From Candidatus Micrarchaeota archaeon (GTDB lineage Archaea; Micrarchaeota; Micrarchaeia; Anstonellales; Bilamarchaeaceae), in the NCBI GenBank assembly GCA_040757035.1, contig JBFLYM010000005.1:1-51991 (forward strand): 51,991 nucleotides of DNA. Direction: 5' to 3'. A program made the translations under genes and the position numbers. Positions 1-10,603 of this stretch are shown piece by piece. How positions within the stretch are numbered: position 1 is the stretch's first letter; each line of letters begins with the position of its first letter. The notes under the pieces are model-generated. The model did no database searches and was not told the DNA's origin. It saw nothing but the letters and a program-made list of their open reading frames with translations.

Positions 1-121
1 ATGAAAAATCTGAAATGTAAAGTCTATGATGAAGAAATCCTTATAAGTGAATTAACAAAAGAGCAGAAGGCCATTATTGAGAAAACTAATGTCATAGTGC
101 CTAAAACCTTGGGAATTTAGG
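1..121 (+). mobile_element. 3' end of a probable IS transposase (IS1634/IS4-like) plus right terminal repeat
   Basis: Frame 1-120 reads MKNLKCKVYDEEILISELTKEQKAIIEKTNVIVPKTLGI*, resembling archaeal DDE transposase C-termini. The stop lies inside GGAATTTAGG (rc CCTAAATTCC), an IS-end-like sequence. Confidence 0.5.
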
Positions 122-269
122 ATTTTAGATCTGTCATATATCCACCTTTTATTATTAATAATAACAAATTATTATACAAAGAGTTTTTAAACCTATAGGA
201 CACTGTTCCATGCATTTTACGAGAAAATCTTTATATATCACTATTTCGTTAAACATTTAGGGAAAATAA

Positions 270-3194
270 ATGGCTAAGCGAATTGAAGTGAAATTCAAGG
301 AACAGATAAAAGATCCGCGCGCAGAACATTTGACCGCAGTTTTATGCGCGGAGTTCGCAATAAAAATAAATCAAATTAGAATAATAGACGTTTACAATAT
401 AGACGCTGATTTGGACGATAATGAACTTAAATTTCTCTGCAATGAAGTTTTCAGCGATAAAATCGTTCAGGAATACTCGTATTCAAAGCCTTTTTTTGAG
501 CATTGCTGGCGCATAGAAATCGGTTTTCATCCTGGCATTACCGATAACATTGGGAAAACCGCAAAAGATGGAATAAAGGACGCGCTCGGAAAGGAAATAG
601 AAGTATATTCAAGTACTGTTTATGCAATAAGCGGAAATGAAATCGAAGAAGAGATTTGCGAAAAACTCGGAAAAAGAATCGCAAACAGTCTGATACAAAA
701 AATAATTGTGCGCGCACCGTTTTCAGACAAATTTGAACCATATATTCCAAAAGTCGTTTTAATGCAGGAAATAAAAGTTGAAACAATAGAAATTCCTTCA
801 AAAGAAAACGCGCTCAAACAGCTTTCAAAAATGCGCCTGCTTGCGCTTAGTGTAAACGAAATGAAAGCAATAAAAAAATATATTGCGCGCGCATTAACCG
901 AAAGAAAAAAGGTCGGACTTGGGGAAAAAATAACCGATGTAGAACTCGAAGTTATCGCGCAAACATGGAGTGAGCACTGTAAGCACAAAATTTTCAATGC
1001 AGAAATAGAATACAATGAAAACGGAACCCATTATTCCATTGATTCGCTCTTCAAAACGTTTATATGTGGCGCAACCGAATGCGTTAAAAAACCCTATATA
1101 ATTTCTGCGTTCAAAGACAATGGCGGAATAATAAAATTCAATTCTGATTATAATATCGCAGTAAAGGTTGAAACGCACAACGCGCCGAGCGCTTTGGATC
1201 CTTATGGTGGAGCGCTTACAGGCATTTTGGGAGTGAACAGAGATATAATCGGTACAGGACTCGGCGCATATCCGATCGCAAACACAGATGTATTATGTTT
1301 TGGAAATCTTAATGAAAAAAAAATTCCCGAAGGTGTTCTTCACCCAAGGAGAATTTATCAAGGAGTGATTGAAGGAATACGGGATGGAGGGAACAAAAGC
1401 GGAATTCCCACTGTAAACGGCTCAATTATATTTGAAAACGGATTTTGCGCAAGACCGATTATTTATTGCGGAACAATTGGTTTAATGCCAGATGAAATAA
1501 AAGGAAGAAAAACAGTAGAAAAAAAAGTTGAACCCGATTATCTCGCAATAATGGTTGGAGGAAGGGTTGGCAAGGATGGAATACATGGTGCGACATTCTC
1601 GTCGCAGCATCTTGAAAGCAACATTCCCACAAGCGTAGTTCAGATAGGAGATCCGATAACGCAAAAGAAAGTGCTTGATTTTATAATGGAGGCGCAACGC
1701 ACGCTACTTTACGAATCAATCACTGATAACGGTGCCGGCGGACTTTCATCAAGCATAGGAGAAATGGCTATTCAGAGCAATGGGTGCGAAATATGGCTTG
1801 ATGCAGTTCCGCTTAAATATCCTGGACTTCAGCCATGGGAAATCCTTGTTTCTGAGAGCCAAGAACGCATGACTCTTGCAATAAAAAAAGAAAACTTGGA
1901 AAAATTAACCGAACTCGCAAAAAGGCATGAAGTTGAAATTTCTGTAATCGCCAAATTTACAAACACAGGAAAATTTCATGCGCTTTATAAAGGGAATAGT
2001 GTCGCTTATTTGGATATTAGTTTCCTTCATAAACCACCGCGCATGAAACTTGTAGCAAAATTAGGAAAAAAAACGTTTTTAGAGCCGAATCTACCAAAAA
2101 GCGAGGAGCTAAGCGACGTGTTGTTAAGCGATGTATTGAAAAAATTGCTTGCATGTCCGAACATAAGTTCTAAAGAGCATACAATAAGACGCTATGACCA
2201 CGAAGTTCAAGGAAAGAGTGTGATAAAACCGCTTATGGGAAATAACGCACCTTGCGATGGAGCGGTACTCAAACTTCTTTTTGATAGTTGGGAGGGTATT
2301 GTTGTTTCGCATGGAATATGTCCAAAATGCGAACAAGACAGTTATGACATGGCGACAATAGCGTTTGATGAAGCGGTGAGAAACGCGCTCGCTGTTGGCG
2401 CGAAGTTTGGCTATCTTGCTGCGCTTGATAATTTTTCCTGGCCAGATCCAGTTCAAAGTGAAAAAACACCTGATGGCGAATACAAACTCGCTCAGCTTGT
2501 ACGAGCATGCATTGGCGTTTATGATTATGCGGTAGGTTGTGAAATTCCTATTGTTTCGGGCAAGGACAGCATGAAAAACGATTATTATGGAAAAGATGGA
2601 AAATATTCGATTCCGCCAACGCTTTTAATCACTGTGGTAGGAAAAATAAATGATGTTAGAAATGCGATAAGTTCTGAATTCAAATGCGAAGGCGATGCGA
2701 TTTATATCATCGGAATTACGCGCGATGAATTGGGCGGAAGCGAATACTATAAATTATTTGGAGGTATTGGTAACAATAATCCTAAAATAAATACCAAGGA
2801 AGTGTTTCAGCTTTATAATGTATTTTCAAAAGCATGCGAATTCGGACTTGTAAGATCCGCGCACGACATTTCTGATGGCGGTTTTTGTGTAGCGCTTGCT
2901 GAATGCAGTTTTTCATCAGCATTTGGAGCTGAGGTTGATATTTCTAAAATGCCTGGAGCTAGGGAAATGCAAAATGAGAGCGCTCTGCTTTTTTCTGAAT
3001 CTGGTGGAAGGTTTGTAGTCAGCGTTGCACAAAAAAATTGCGAGAAATTTGAAATGGTTATGCGCGGCACAAAATTCGCACGCATCGGAAGAGTGCGCGG
3101 AGATAAAAGATTTGTAATCAAAAAGTCAGAAACAATACTAATAAACGAAGACATTCGCGATCTTAAAACAATATGGAGTAGCATAAAATTGTGA
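270..3194 (+). CDS. purL: Phosphoribosylformylglycinamidine synthase PurL with N-terminal PurS-like extension
   Basis: QTWSEHCKHKIF, KVETHNAPSALDP, DNGAGGL, SESQERM, SGKDSM, HDISDGG motifs. Confidence 0.96.
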   Translation: MAKRIEVKFKEQIKDPRAEHLTAVLCAEFAIKINQIRIIDVYNIDADLDDNELKFLCNEVFSDKIVQEYSYSKPFFEHCWRIEIGFHPGITDNIGKTAKDGIKDALGKEIEVYSSTVYAISGNEIEEEICEKLGKRIANSLIQKIIVRAPFSDKFEPYIPKVVLMQEIKVETIEIPSKENALKQLSKMRLLALSVNEMKAIKKYIARALTERKKVGLGEKITDVELEVIAQTWSEHCKHKIFNAEIEYNENGTHYSIDSLFKTFICGATECVKKPYIISAFKDNGGIIKFNSDYNIAVKVETHNAPSALDPYGGALTGILGVNRDIIGTGLGAYPIANTDVLCFGNLNEKKIPEGVLHPRRIYQGVIEGIRDGGNKSGIPTVNGSIIFENGFCARPIIYCGTIGLMPDEIKGRKTVEKKVEPDYLAIMVGGRVGKDGIHGATFSSQHLESNIPTSVVQIGDPITQKKVLDFIMEAQRTLLYESITDNGAGGLSSSIGEMAIQSNGCEIWLDAVPLKYPGLQPWEILVSESQERMTLAIKKENLEKLTELAKRHEVEISVIAKFTNTGKFHALYKGNSVAYLDISFLHKPPRMKLVAKLGKKTFLEPNLPKSEELSDVLLSDVLKKLLACPNISSKEHTIRRYDHEVQGKSVIKPLMGNNAPCDGAVLKLLFDSWEGIVVSHGICPKCEQDSYDMATIAFDEAVRNALAVGAKFGYLAALDNFSWPDPVQSEKTPDGEYKLAQLVRACIGVYDYAVGCEIPIVSGKDSMKNDYYGKDGKYSIPPTLLITVVGKINDVRNAISSEFKCEGDAIYIIGITRDELGGSEYYKLFGGIGNNNPKINTKEVFQLYNVFSKACEFGLVRSAHDISDGGFCVALAECSFSSAFGAEVDISKMPGAREMQNESALLFSESGGRFVVSVAQKNCEKFEMVMRGTKFARIGRVRGDKRFVIKKSETILINEDIRDLKTIWSSIKL

Positions 3195-3198
3195 AAAT

Positions 3199-4008
3199 AT
3201 GGACGCAAAGGCAGCGGTATTTTATGGCTATGGAATAAACTGCGACTACGAAACAGAATACGCTTTGCGCATAGCCGGTGCGCAAGCAAACCGCGTGCAT
3301 ATTTATGATGTTATTGCGAATCCAAAAATGCTTGAAGAATTTAATTTACTCGCATTTCCAGGCGGTTTTTCCTATGGCGATGATATTGGAAGCGGTAAGG
3401 TACTCGCAAATAAAATGAAATTTAAACTCAAGGAACAGATAGAGCAATTCGTTAATGAAGGCAAATTAGTAATCGGAATTTGCAATGGTTTTCAAATAGT
3501 TGTAAAAATGGGACTGCTTCCGTACAACGATTTTGTCCAAAAAGCCACGCTTACGTTTAATCATTCTGGCAAATTTGAGGATCGCTGGGTTTATCTAAAA
3601 ATAAATCAAAAATCGCCATGCGTATTTACGCGTGACATGGACGAACTTATGCTTCCGGTTAGACACGGAGAAGGAAAGTTTATCACTGATGATGATACGC
3701 TCAACGACTTGATTTTAAAGAATCTCCTAGTAATGCAGTATGTAAACACTCACAATGAACTTGGGGCTTATCCATACAACCCGAATGGTTCAATGCTCAA
3801 TATCGCTGGTATTTGTAATGAAAAGGGAAATGTGTTTGGACTAATGCCGCATCCAGAAGCATACAACACGGTGCTGAACAATCCATTTTGGCCAAATATA
3901 AAAAATTCTGAAAACTACAAAAATTACATAAACAACACGGATAATTTAAAGGGGCCCGGAATAAGAATTTTTGAAAATGCAGTAAGTTATTTAAATGAAA
4001 GGTTTTGA
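3199..4008 (+). CDS. purQ: FGAM synthase glutaminase subunit PurQ
   Basis: PGGFSYGD, GICNGFQ, GLMPHPE motifs; directly follows purL. Confidence 0.96.
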   Translation: MDAKAAVFYGYGINCDYETEYALRIAGAQANRVHIYDVIANPKMLEEFNLLAFPGGFSYGDDIGSGKVLANKMKFKLKEQIEQFVNEGKLVIGICNGFQIVVKMGLLPYNDFVQKATLTFNHSGKFEDRWVYLKINQKSPCVFTRDMDELMLPVRHGEGKFITDDDTLNDLILKNLLVMQYVNTHNELGAYPYNPNGSMLNIAGICNEKGNVFGLMPHPEAYNTVLNNPFWPNIKNSENYKNYINNTDNLKGPGIRIFENAVSYLNERF

Positions 4009-4017
4009 TAGTTCTTT

Positions 4018-4548
4018 ATGGTAAAAGCAATTGTTGTTATCGCTCCTAAAAATTTTCAGGACTATGAATTTTTGCAGACTATAGAAGAACTGAAAAAAGC
4101 TGGAGTTGAAGTTGAAATTATTAGTACAATAAAAGGAAAATGCATAGGCGTGGGTGGTTCTGTTGTGGAAGCCAAAACCATTTCAGACATAAAAACCAAT
4201 GAATTTGATTCTTTAGTGTTTATAGACGGTTCTGGCACACCGGTTGTAAGAGCTGATAAAAAAATGATTGCACTTGCCGAAAAATTTTTCATGGACGGCA
4301 AAATAATCGGCGCAATATGTTTTGCGCCTACAATTCTTGCAAAGGCCGGAATTCTAAAAGGAAAGCAAGCTACTGTCTGGATAGGTTTTGACCCCGAATA
4401 TTCAAAGACTACGGATTATGTACTTAGAGAAGCTGGAGCAATATTAATGAATTTACCTGTTGTTGAAGACAAAACAATAATAACAGCAAATGGCCCACCA
4501 GCTGCGCGTGCATTTGGAAAAAAACTCGCGGAAAAAATAAAAAGATAG
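4018..4548 (+). CDS. DJ-1/PfpI family protein
   Basis: FQDYE, GAICFAP nucleophile elbow, ITANGP. Confidence 0.9.
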   Translation: MVKAIVVIAPKNFQDYEFLQTIEELKKAGVEVEIISTIKGKCIGVGGSVVEAKTISDIKTNEFDSLVFIDGSGTPVVRADKKMIALAEKFFMDGKIIGAICFAPTILAKAGILKGKQATVWIGFDPEYSKTTDYVLREAGAILMNLPVVEDKTIITANGPPAARAFGKKLAEKIKR

Positions 4549-4617
4549 AGAATAGATAACGAAAAAATAGCAAAAAAGATAGCAAAGAAAAGATAGAGAA
4601 ACATAAAGGATTTGGAA

Positions 4618-5619
4618 ATGATAAACATAGCAATTTCTGGTTTTGGAAGAATAGGTAAAATGTTTCTCAGGGCAGCAATAGCACAGGATGTACTCGGCAA
4701 AGATTTTGAAGTCGTTGCAATAAACACTCGTAGCGCGCTTGATATACATGCCCATCTTTTCAAATACGATTCATCGCTAGGAAGATTTGAAGGAAATATA
4801 GAGGCAAGTAACGGGTTGCTCATAGTAAATGGGCATAAAATAAATTGGATACAAGAAACCGATCCATTAAAACTTCCGTGGAAAGAAATGAATGTTGACT
4901 TGGTACTTGAGAGTAGTGGTGAATTTCGAAAAAGAGAAGATTTGGAGAAGCATTTAATCGCCGGGGCAAACAAAGTGCTTTTATCAGCGCCGAGTGCAGA
5001 GTGCGACGCAACCATTGTTATCGGAGTAAATGAACACATAATTAATAAAGAACATAGGATATTTTCAATGGCGAGTTGTACAAGCAATTGTCTTGCACCG
5101 ATACTAAAAACAATTGACGAAAATTTTGAAATAGAAAAAGGATTCTTAAGCTGCGTGCACGCATACACCAATGATCAGCGGGTCTTAGATGGAAGCCATA
5201 GCGATTGGAGAAGAGCGCGCGCATGCGCAGTCAACATTATTCCAACAACCACCGGCGCAGCAAAAGCAATAGGAGAAGTACTTCCAAATATGCAAGGAAA
5301 AATGGATGGAGTTGCGTTTAGAGTACCGGTGATAAACGGTTCTCTCAATGATATAACGCTTTTGCTGAAAAAAGAAACAAACGTAAAAGAAATTAATGCT
5401 GTGATCAAAAAGGCGAGCGAAAACGAACTTCGCGGGATAATGGCTTATACAGAAGAACAAATCGTATCATGCGATATAATCGGAACAAAGGAAAGCGCAA
5501 TTGTGGACGGTACATTAACAAGGGTTATTGGAAATCTGGTAAAGATTTCTGCATGGTACGACAATGAATTTGGATATTCAAATAGGCTTGTTGATTTAAT
5601 CAAAAAATTATCAAAATGA
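4618..5619 (+). CDS. gap: Class I (bacterial-type) glyceraldehyde-3-phosphate dehydrogenase
   Basis: GFGRIG, ASCTSNCL, TTGAAKA, WYDNEFGYS; ATG at 4618. Confidence 0.96.
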   Translation: MINIAISGFGRIGKMFLRAAIAQDVLGKDFEVVAINTRSALDIHAHLFKYDSSLGRFEGNIEASNGLLIVNGHKINWIQETDPLKLPWKEMNVDLVLESSGEFRKREDLEKHLIAGANKVLLSAPSAECDATIVIGVNEHIINKEHRIFSMASCTSNCLAPILKTIDENFEIEKGFLSCVHAYTNDQRVLDGSHSDWRRARACAVNIIPTTTGAAKAIGEVLPNMQGKMDGVAFRVPVINGSLNDITLLLKKETNVKEINAVIKKASENELRGIMAYTEEQIVSCDIIGTKESAIVDGTLTRVIGNLVKISAWYDNEFGYSNRLVDLIKKLSK

Positions 5620-5646
5620 TTCTGTGGTGAGTTCTTGGAAAAGAAA

Positions 5647-6414
5647 ATGAAAATTATACCCTCTCATATTGCTATCATCCCTGATGGAATTTAAAATATT
5701 TGAAATTAAAATATTTGAAATTGAACAATAAAAACATAAAAAACCATAAACAGGAGATGGGCAAGAAAGCACAACATAACCATTGTAGAAGGTTATGATA
5801 GAGGAATCAGAAAAATACGCGATGTGGTTGAGTGGTGCAAAGAATTCGATGTGCATACTTTAAGCATGTGGGGATTTTCAACCGATAATGCAAAAAGAGA
5901 TTCAGATGAAATTGAAAAACTTTTTGGGCTTTTTAAAAAATATCTGGACGAAATAATCAGTAGGAGCAGTAAAAAAAGAAGTAATAAAGAAAAAAAAGAA
6001 TACGATGTTAGAATTAAATTTTTAGGGAGAAAAACACTTTTTCCAAACGAGATACAGCTAGCAATGAATAAGATAGAGGATTTCACAAAAAATAATAAAA
6101 AATATACACTTAATCTTCTTCTTGGATATGGTGGAAGAGAAGAAATAATAGATACAATAAATGCGATAATCAAAAAAGGAATTAAAGAAGTAGATGAAAA
6201 AACAATCAGCGAAAACCTTTATACCGCTGGAATTGATGATCCAAATATTATAATAAGAACAAGTGGGGAACAAAGGCTTTCAGGACTGATGCCATGGCAA
6301 AGTGTGTATAGCGAATTCTATTTTTCTAAAAAGCTTTGGCCCGATTTCTCAAAAAAAGATTTTGAACATGCGTTGAAAACATATGAAAAAAGAAAAAGAA
6401 GGTTTGGAAAATAA
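5647..6414 (+). CDS. uppS: cis-prenyltransferase UppS in two exons (5647-5689 and 5750-6414); spliced product 235 aa
   Basis: Exon 1 encodes MKIIPSHIAIIPDG, exon 2 continues NRRWARKH...FSTDN...YGGREEI...IRTSGEQRLSG. The ORF track only finds 5824-6414. Confidence 0.9.
5690..5749 (+). other. Candidate BHB intron in uppS mRNA (60 nt, contains in-frame TAA)
   Basis: CCTG 5680-83/CAGG 5751-54 outer helix, ATGG 5684-87/CCAT 5744-47 central helix, 3-nt bulges AA^T and AA^A. Confidence 0.85.
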
Positions 6415-6440
6415 CCAGGATTCTTGTTTGGGATTGAAAA

Positions 6441-7787
6441 ATGTTAGGATGGAAAATTACGAAAGGAGGTGAATATAAAATTGATTTGCCACCCTTAAGT
6501 GCGGATGAAGAGAGAATGATTGTTGCCGCAGAAGAGACTTTTAGGCTTGCCGCAAGCGAAAAAAAAATAGATGCAGGCAATATAGAACGCGAACTCGCTT
6601 CTGCAATAATGAAAAATGCTGACAAAGAAGAGATTATACTTGATTCGGATCAAAAAAAATATCTCACAATATACGCAAAAATGCATATTTATGGATTTGC
6701 ATTCCTTGATGAACTTGTGCAAAACGACAATATAGAAGAGATAAGCATAATTGGGATAGGGAAGCCCGCCTATGTCTTTATTAGAAAAAAAGGCTGGTGC
6801 ATGGTAAACGCGCTTTTTGAAGATGAAAAAACGCTCATGGATGTGATAAATAAAATGTCTCAAGGAATCGGAAGAAGAATTACGCTTCAGCATCCGAGAC
6901 TTGACGCCATGCTTCCAGATGGTTCGCGATTGCATGCGTCGCTCCATCCTATTTCAGGGGGCGAAATAACAATAAGAAAATTTAGGAGCACACCGTTTTC
7001 ACCAACAGAAATAGTACAACTCGGCACAATAAATTATAAAGCAATGGCATTTCTTTCTATGCTCATGCAAACGGATAGTTCGGTACTTGTTTCTGGAAAT
7101 ACCGCAAGCGGAAAAACAACTACCCTGAACGCGTTGTTTGCGTTTGTTCCGAAAAACGAGCGCGTGCTTATTACTGAGGAAACACCAGAAATATCAATTC
7201 CGCATGAGCATCAGATACGCCTTGTTGCAAATAAGGATATGGGAATAACATTGAAAGACTTGGTTTACGATAGTCTGCGCATGCGTCCTGATAGAATGAT
7301 TGTTGGTGAGGTGCGCAATCGCGAAGAAGTTGAAGCGCTCTTTGATGTTTTACTCGGAGGACAGGCACGTGGTGCGTATGCAACTTTTCATGCGCAAGGC
7401 GCCAATGAAGCCTTACTCAGATTGAAAAAATTCGGAATAGATGATATGGATTTGGGCGCGATAGATGCGATAATCGTGCAAAGAAGATTGCTTCTTTACG
7501 ATGCGAAAAAGAAAAGCGCGACCGAAGTAAGGCGGATAATTGAAATCGCAGAAATTGATAATAAGGAAACCAATAAAGAAGCGAAGTGCATTTTTTCATT
7601 TTTACTGTCTGAAAATAGTTGGAAATATAAAGAAGGCGAATTGTGCAGAAAGATTGCAGATAGTTTTGGAATGAATTTAAGCGAGTTCAAAACAGAATTG
7701 GACATGCGGGAGAAATGGTTGGCAAATGCAGGTGCAGATCTTTACGATTTTTTTGACAAAGCGCAAAAGAAATTTTATCATTTTTGA
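6441..7787 (+). CDS. Type IV pilus/secretion ATPase (VirB11/TadA-like)
   Basis: GNTASGKTT Walker A, LRMRPDRMIVGEVR, ATFHA. Confidence 0.92.
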   Translation: MLGWKITKGGEYKIDLPPLSADEERMIVAAEETFRLAASEKKIDAGNIERELASAIMKNADKEEIILDSDQKKYLTIYAKMHIYGFAFLDELVQNDNIEEISIIGIGKPAYVFIRKKGWCMVNALFEDEKTLMDVINKMSQGIGRRITLQHPRLDAMLPDGSRLHASLHPISGGEITIRKFRSTPFSPTEIVQLGTINYKAMAFLSMLMQTDSSVLVSGNTASGKTTTLNALFAFVPKNERVLITEETPEISIPHEHQIRLVANKDMGITLKDLVYDSLRMRPDRMIVGEVRNREEVEALFDVLLGGQARGAYATFHAQGANEALLRLKKFGIDDMDLGAIDAIIVQRRLLLYDAKKKSATEVRRIIEIAEIDNKETNKEAKCIFSFLLSENSWKYKEGELCRKIADSFGMNLSEFKTELDMREKWLANAGADLYDFFDKAQKKFYHF

Positions 7788-7864
7788 GCGTCAGGATCCA
7801 TAGATTTTTCGGGAGAAGTCTGTACGCGCTTTGGCTTAAAAACCTAACTGCGGAATAGAGACTA

Positions 7865-9226
7865 ATGTTGGCATTCTTAAAATCAAAATCGCACATTCGC
7901 ATATTGGAAGCTGAAATGCCATTGGTACTAAGAACGTTTGGCATGTTATTGGATATCAATGTTCCTTTTGTGCGGGCGTTGGAAATTGTTGCGAAGGAAG
8001 GAGAAATTGGGAAAGAACTTTCAAAAGTAGTTGATGAAATAGAAAATGGCGCGAGCGTTCCAAAAGCGCTTGCTAAATTTGCTGAAAAAACCGAAAGCGG
8101 TATAATAAAAAAATCAATTGCGCAACTTATTAGCGCATACGAACACGGTGCACGCGGAACAGAGATAATACAGATTGCAGATGATTTGATCTCGTTTCAG
8201 CAATATGGAATGCGGAATTTTGTTTCAAAGAGTTCGCTTTTCGGACTTTTGTTTGTAATTTTTTCCGCAGTTGCGCCAACGTTTTTTCTTGTTTTTGCGA
8301 CTGCTGGAAAATTCGCGCTTGAAATAGAAATAGGGAAAGAAACTTTTTTGCTGATTTTTCTTATATTATTTCCGCTTATAAATGCGCTGCTGCTCGCAAC
8401 TTCTGATGCGCAAATGCCTCCAAATATTTTTCGGATTAGTGGAAGAAGCGAAAGAAAAAATATTTATATATTTTTTGCAATTGTGATAACGCTCGCACTT
8501 GTTATGCTTATTGATTTGGATTTGGTAATAAGGATTGTTTTGGTTTTTGCGGTAGTATTTTTATCGTATATACTCTTCAAAAATGATTTCATAGAAGAAC
8601 GCAAAACTGAAAAAATTGAGGCTGCGCTTCCGAACGCATTACTCAGCGTTTCCGGACTTCCGAAAAATTATGGAATAGAAAAAATATTTGAAAAGATAGC
8701 CAGCGAAAAAAACGAACTTGGATTTGAAATTAAAAAAATGCTCATGCAATTGCGCGCGAACGTGAGTATGGAAAATGCACTAATGGATTTGTGGAAGCGC
8801 AACAATTCCTTTATGCTTAGACGTATGAGTGAACTTGTACTTAATTCGCACATTGCAGGAGCGAACATCTCCGAAAAAATGCATGAAATGGCTGAAGATT
8901 TGCTTAAATTCGGTGAATTACAACGGGAAAGAGAAAATGCGCTTTCAATGCAAAAATATACATTAATCATGGGCGCCTTTATAGTGCCGCTTATATTAAC
9001 TTCTTCGCTTTCGTTGGTTGCGCAAATTTCTTCATTTATGGATATTGGTAGCAATAATGAGGTGCTGAAAATTGCGCCAAATGCAATAAGTGCATATATT
9101 ATAATTTATTCCGCGCTTGCTGCATTTTATATCTCAAAGACAAGCCAAAGGAGTTCGCACATTGTTAGCTATTTTGCGATTATGAGTATTGCCGGTCTTG
9201 CTGGTTTTTATCTACTCTTTCATTGA
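7865..9226 (+). CDS. Type II secretion system F-domain membrane platform protein (TadB/TadC-like, two domains)
   Basis: Two T2SSF-like repeats (EAEMPLVLR, EAALPNALL) with TM helices; follows the ATPase. Confidence 0.8.
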   Translation: MLAFLKSKSHIRILEAEMPLVLRTFGMLLDINVPFVRALEIVAKEGEIGKELSKVVDEIENGASVPKALAKFAEKTESGIIKKSIAQLISAYEHGARGTEIIQIADDLISFQQYGMRNFVSKSSLFGLLFVIFSAVAPTFFLVFATAGKFALEIEIGKETFLLIFLILFPLINALLLATSDAQMPPNIFRISGRSERKNIYIFFAIVITLALVMLIDLDLVIRIVLVFAVVFLSYILFKNDFIEERKTEKIEAALPNALLSVSGLPKNYGIEKIFEKIASEKNELGFEIKKMLMQLRANVSMENALMDLWKRNNSFMLRRMSELVLNSHIAGANISEKMHEMAEDLLKFGELQRERENALSMQKYTLIMGAFIVPLILTSSLSLVAQISSFMDIGSNNEVLKIAPNAISAYIIIYSALAAFYISKTSQRSSHIVSYFAIMSIAGLAGFYLLFH

Positions 9227-9375
9227 AACATTCACTGAGGCAATATGCACTGAGGCAATATGAATAGAATATAGATAGAATACGAATAAATAAAGTAGGC
9301 AACGTAGATAAAGTAGGCAAAGTAAATGATAGGTAAAATAAGTAAACTAGGTAAACTAGATGAGGTAAATAAATA

Positions 9376-9885
9376 ATGGATAAAATTACATTTTTAATAT
9401 CGCATTTGGATGTATCGCTTATAACTAATATTGCAATATTTCTGGATAATGATGTTAATTTAATAATGACAATATTATTACTCGTAGTTTTAACCGAGCA
9501 GAGGATGAATAAAGTTGGAAAAATAATATTTGCAATAATATTAGCAACATTGATTGGTGCAATGTTGAAGCAAGTAATACAATTTGAGAGACCATGCGTT
9601 TCTAATCCTGCAAAAATTGTCTGTCCGTCTTCATTTTCATTTCCAAGCGGCCATACATTATTGGTATTTACTGTGTTTCTTGCATTCCTCAACAAAAAAT
9701 ATTTTCCGATTTATCTGGCATTTGGTATTTTTGTTGCATTTAGCCGAATTTATCTAGGTGTACATTCTCTTGAAGATATTGCCGGAAGTATAGCACTTGC
9801 GCCTTTAGTGTATTACATTACAGATGGAATGTGGAATTTTATTGGAAAGACGTTTGAAAGAAATCTTGCTATACCGATCCACTAA
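9376..9885 (+). CDS. PAP2 family membrane phosphatase
   Basis: K-x6-RP, FPSGH, SRIYLGVHSLEDI motifs. Confidence 0.9.
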   Translation: MDKITFLISHLDVSLITNIAIFLDNDVNLIMTILLLVVLTEQRMNKVGKIIFAIILATLIGAMLKQVIQFERPCVSNPAKIVCPSSFSFPSGHTLLVFTVFLAFLNKKYFPIYLAFGIFVAFSRIYLGVHSLEDIAGSIALAPLVYYITDGMWNFIGKTFERNLAIPIH

Positions 9886-9966
9886 AAAAACGTGGATCGC
9901 ATATACGCAACCCATCGAGATAAAACCTAGAAAACAAAACCGGAAAAACTTAGTTGGTTGCGTATA
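9870..9966. repeat. 97-bp two-hairpin repeat, copy 1
   Basis: 94/97 identical to 11777-11873; stems CGATCCAC/GTGGATCG and TATACGCAACC/GGTTGCGTATA. Confidence 0.92.
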
Positions 9967-10011
9967 AGATTAAAAAAATGAAATAAAATGAAATAAAATG
10001 AAAGTGGAATT

Positions 10012-10584
10012 ATGCGTTTAGAAATCAGCCCAAATAACGAAATAAACAGGAAGATATTGCACATTTTTAGCGGTGTTATTTTATTGATATTTTTACTTGT
10101 CTTTGGAAGAACTGCGTTTATGGTTTTACTTATCCTAATGCTCATTGCCGGCGCAATGATAATCAATATGTTGTTTATTGGATGGAAATTTCTATTTAGT
10201 GACTGGTTTATAAGAAATTTTGAGCGTCCGGAAATAAAATTTCCAGGATATTCAACTGCGTGGTATTTGGCCGGTTTATTGATAGCAACAAGCGTGCTTC
10301 ATTCTCAAAACGAAATAGCGGCAGTAATATGCGCGCTTGCGTTTGGAGATGGGTTTTCAACACTTTTTGGTGCGCGCGGAAAGATTAAGCTTTTTTATAA
10401 TACAAACAAAACACTTGAAGGAGTTGGTATATTCGCAGCTGCCACAATTTCCGCAATTATTTTTATCGGCTGGATAGCAATACCATTTGCAATTATTATT
10501 GCGATATTGGAAAGCATTCCTCTTAAGATAGATGATAATTTTAGCGTTCCTGTTTTTGGGACAATATTTTTTTCTTTGATGTAA
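10012..10584 (+). CDS. Dolichol/phytol kinase-like membrane protein
   Basis: RKILH, GDGFSTLFG, KTLEG, IDDNFSVP motifs. Confidence 0.85.
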   Translation: MRLEISPNNEINRKILHIFSGVILLIFLLVFGRTAFMVLLILMLIAGAMIINMLFIGWKFLFSDWFIRNFERPEIKFPGYSTAWYLAGLLIATSVLHSQNEIAAVICALAFGDGFSTLFGARGKIKLFYNTNKTLEGVGIFAAATISAIIFIGWIAIPFAIIIAILESIPLKIDDNFSVPVFGTIFFSLM

Positions 10585-10603
10585 TTTTCTTTGAGGTGAT
10601 TTT

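Noticed and set aside
3885-3960. BHB-like pairing (AAAT/ATTT) around the Asn/Lys-rich insert near the purQ end
   Set aside because: No inner helix, only a 2-bp outer helix, and predicted splicing shifts the frame.
5647-6414. uppS as a pseudogene
   Set aside because: Both exons keep intact motifs and BHB-rule splicing restores the exact frame and motif. Not formally excluded without RNA data.
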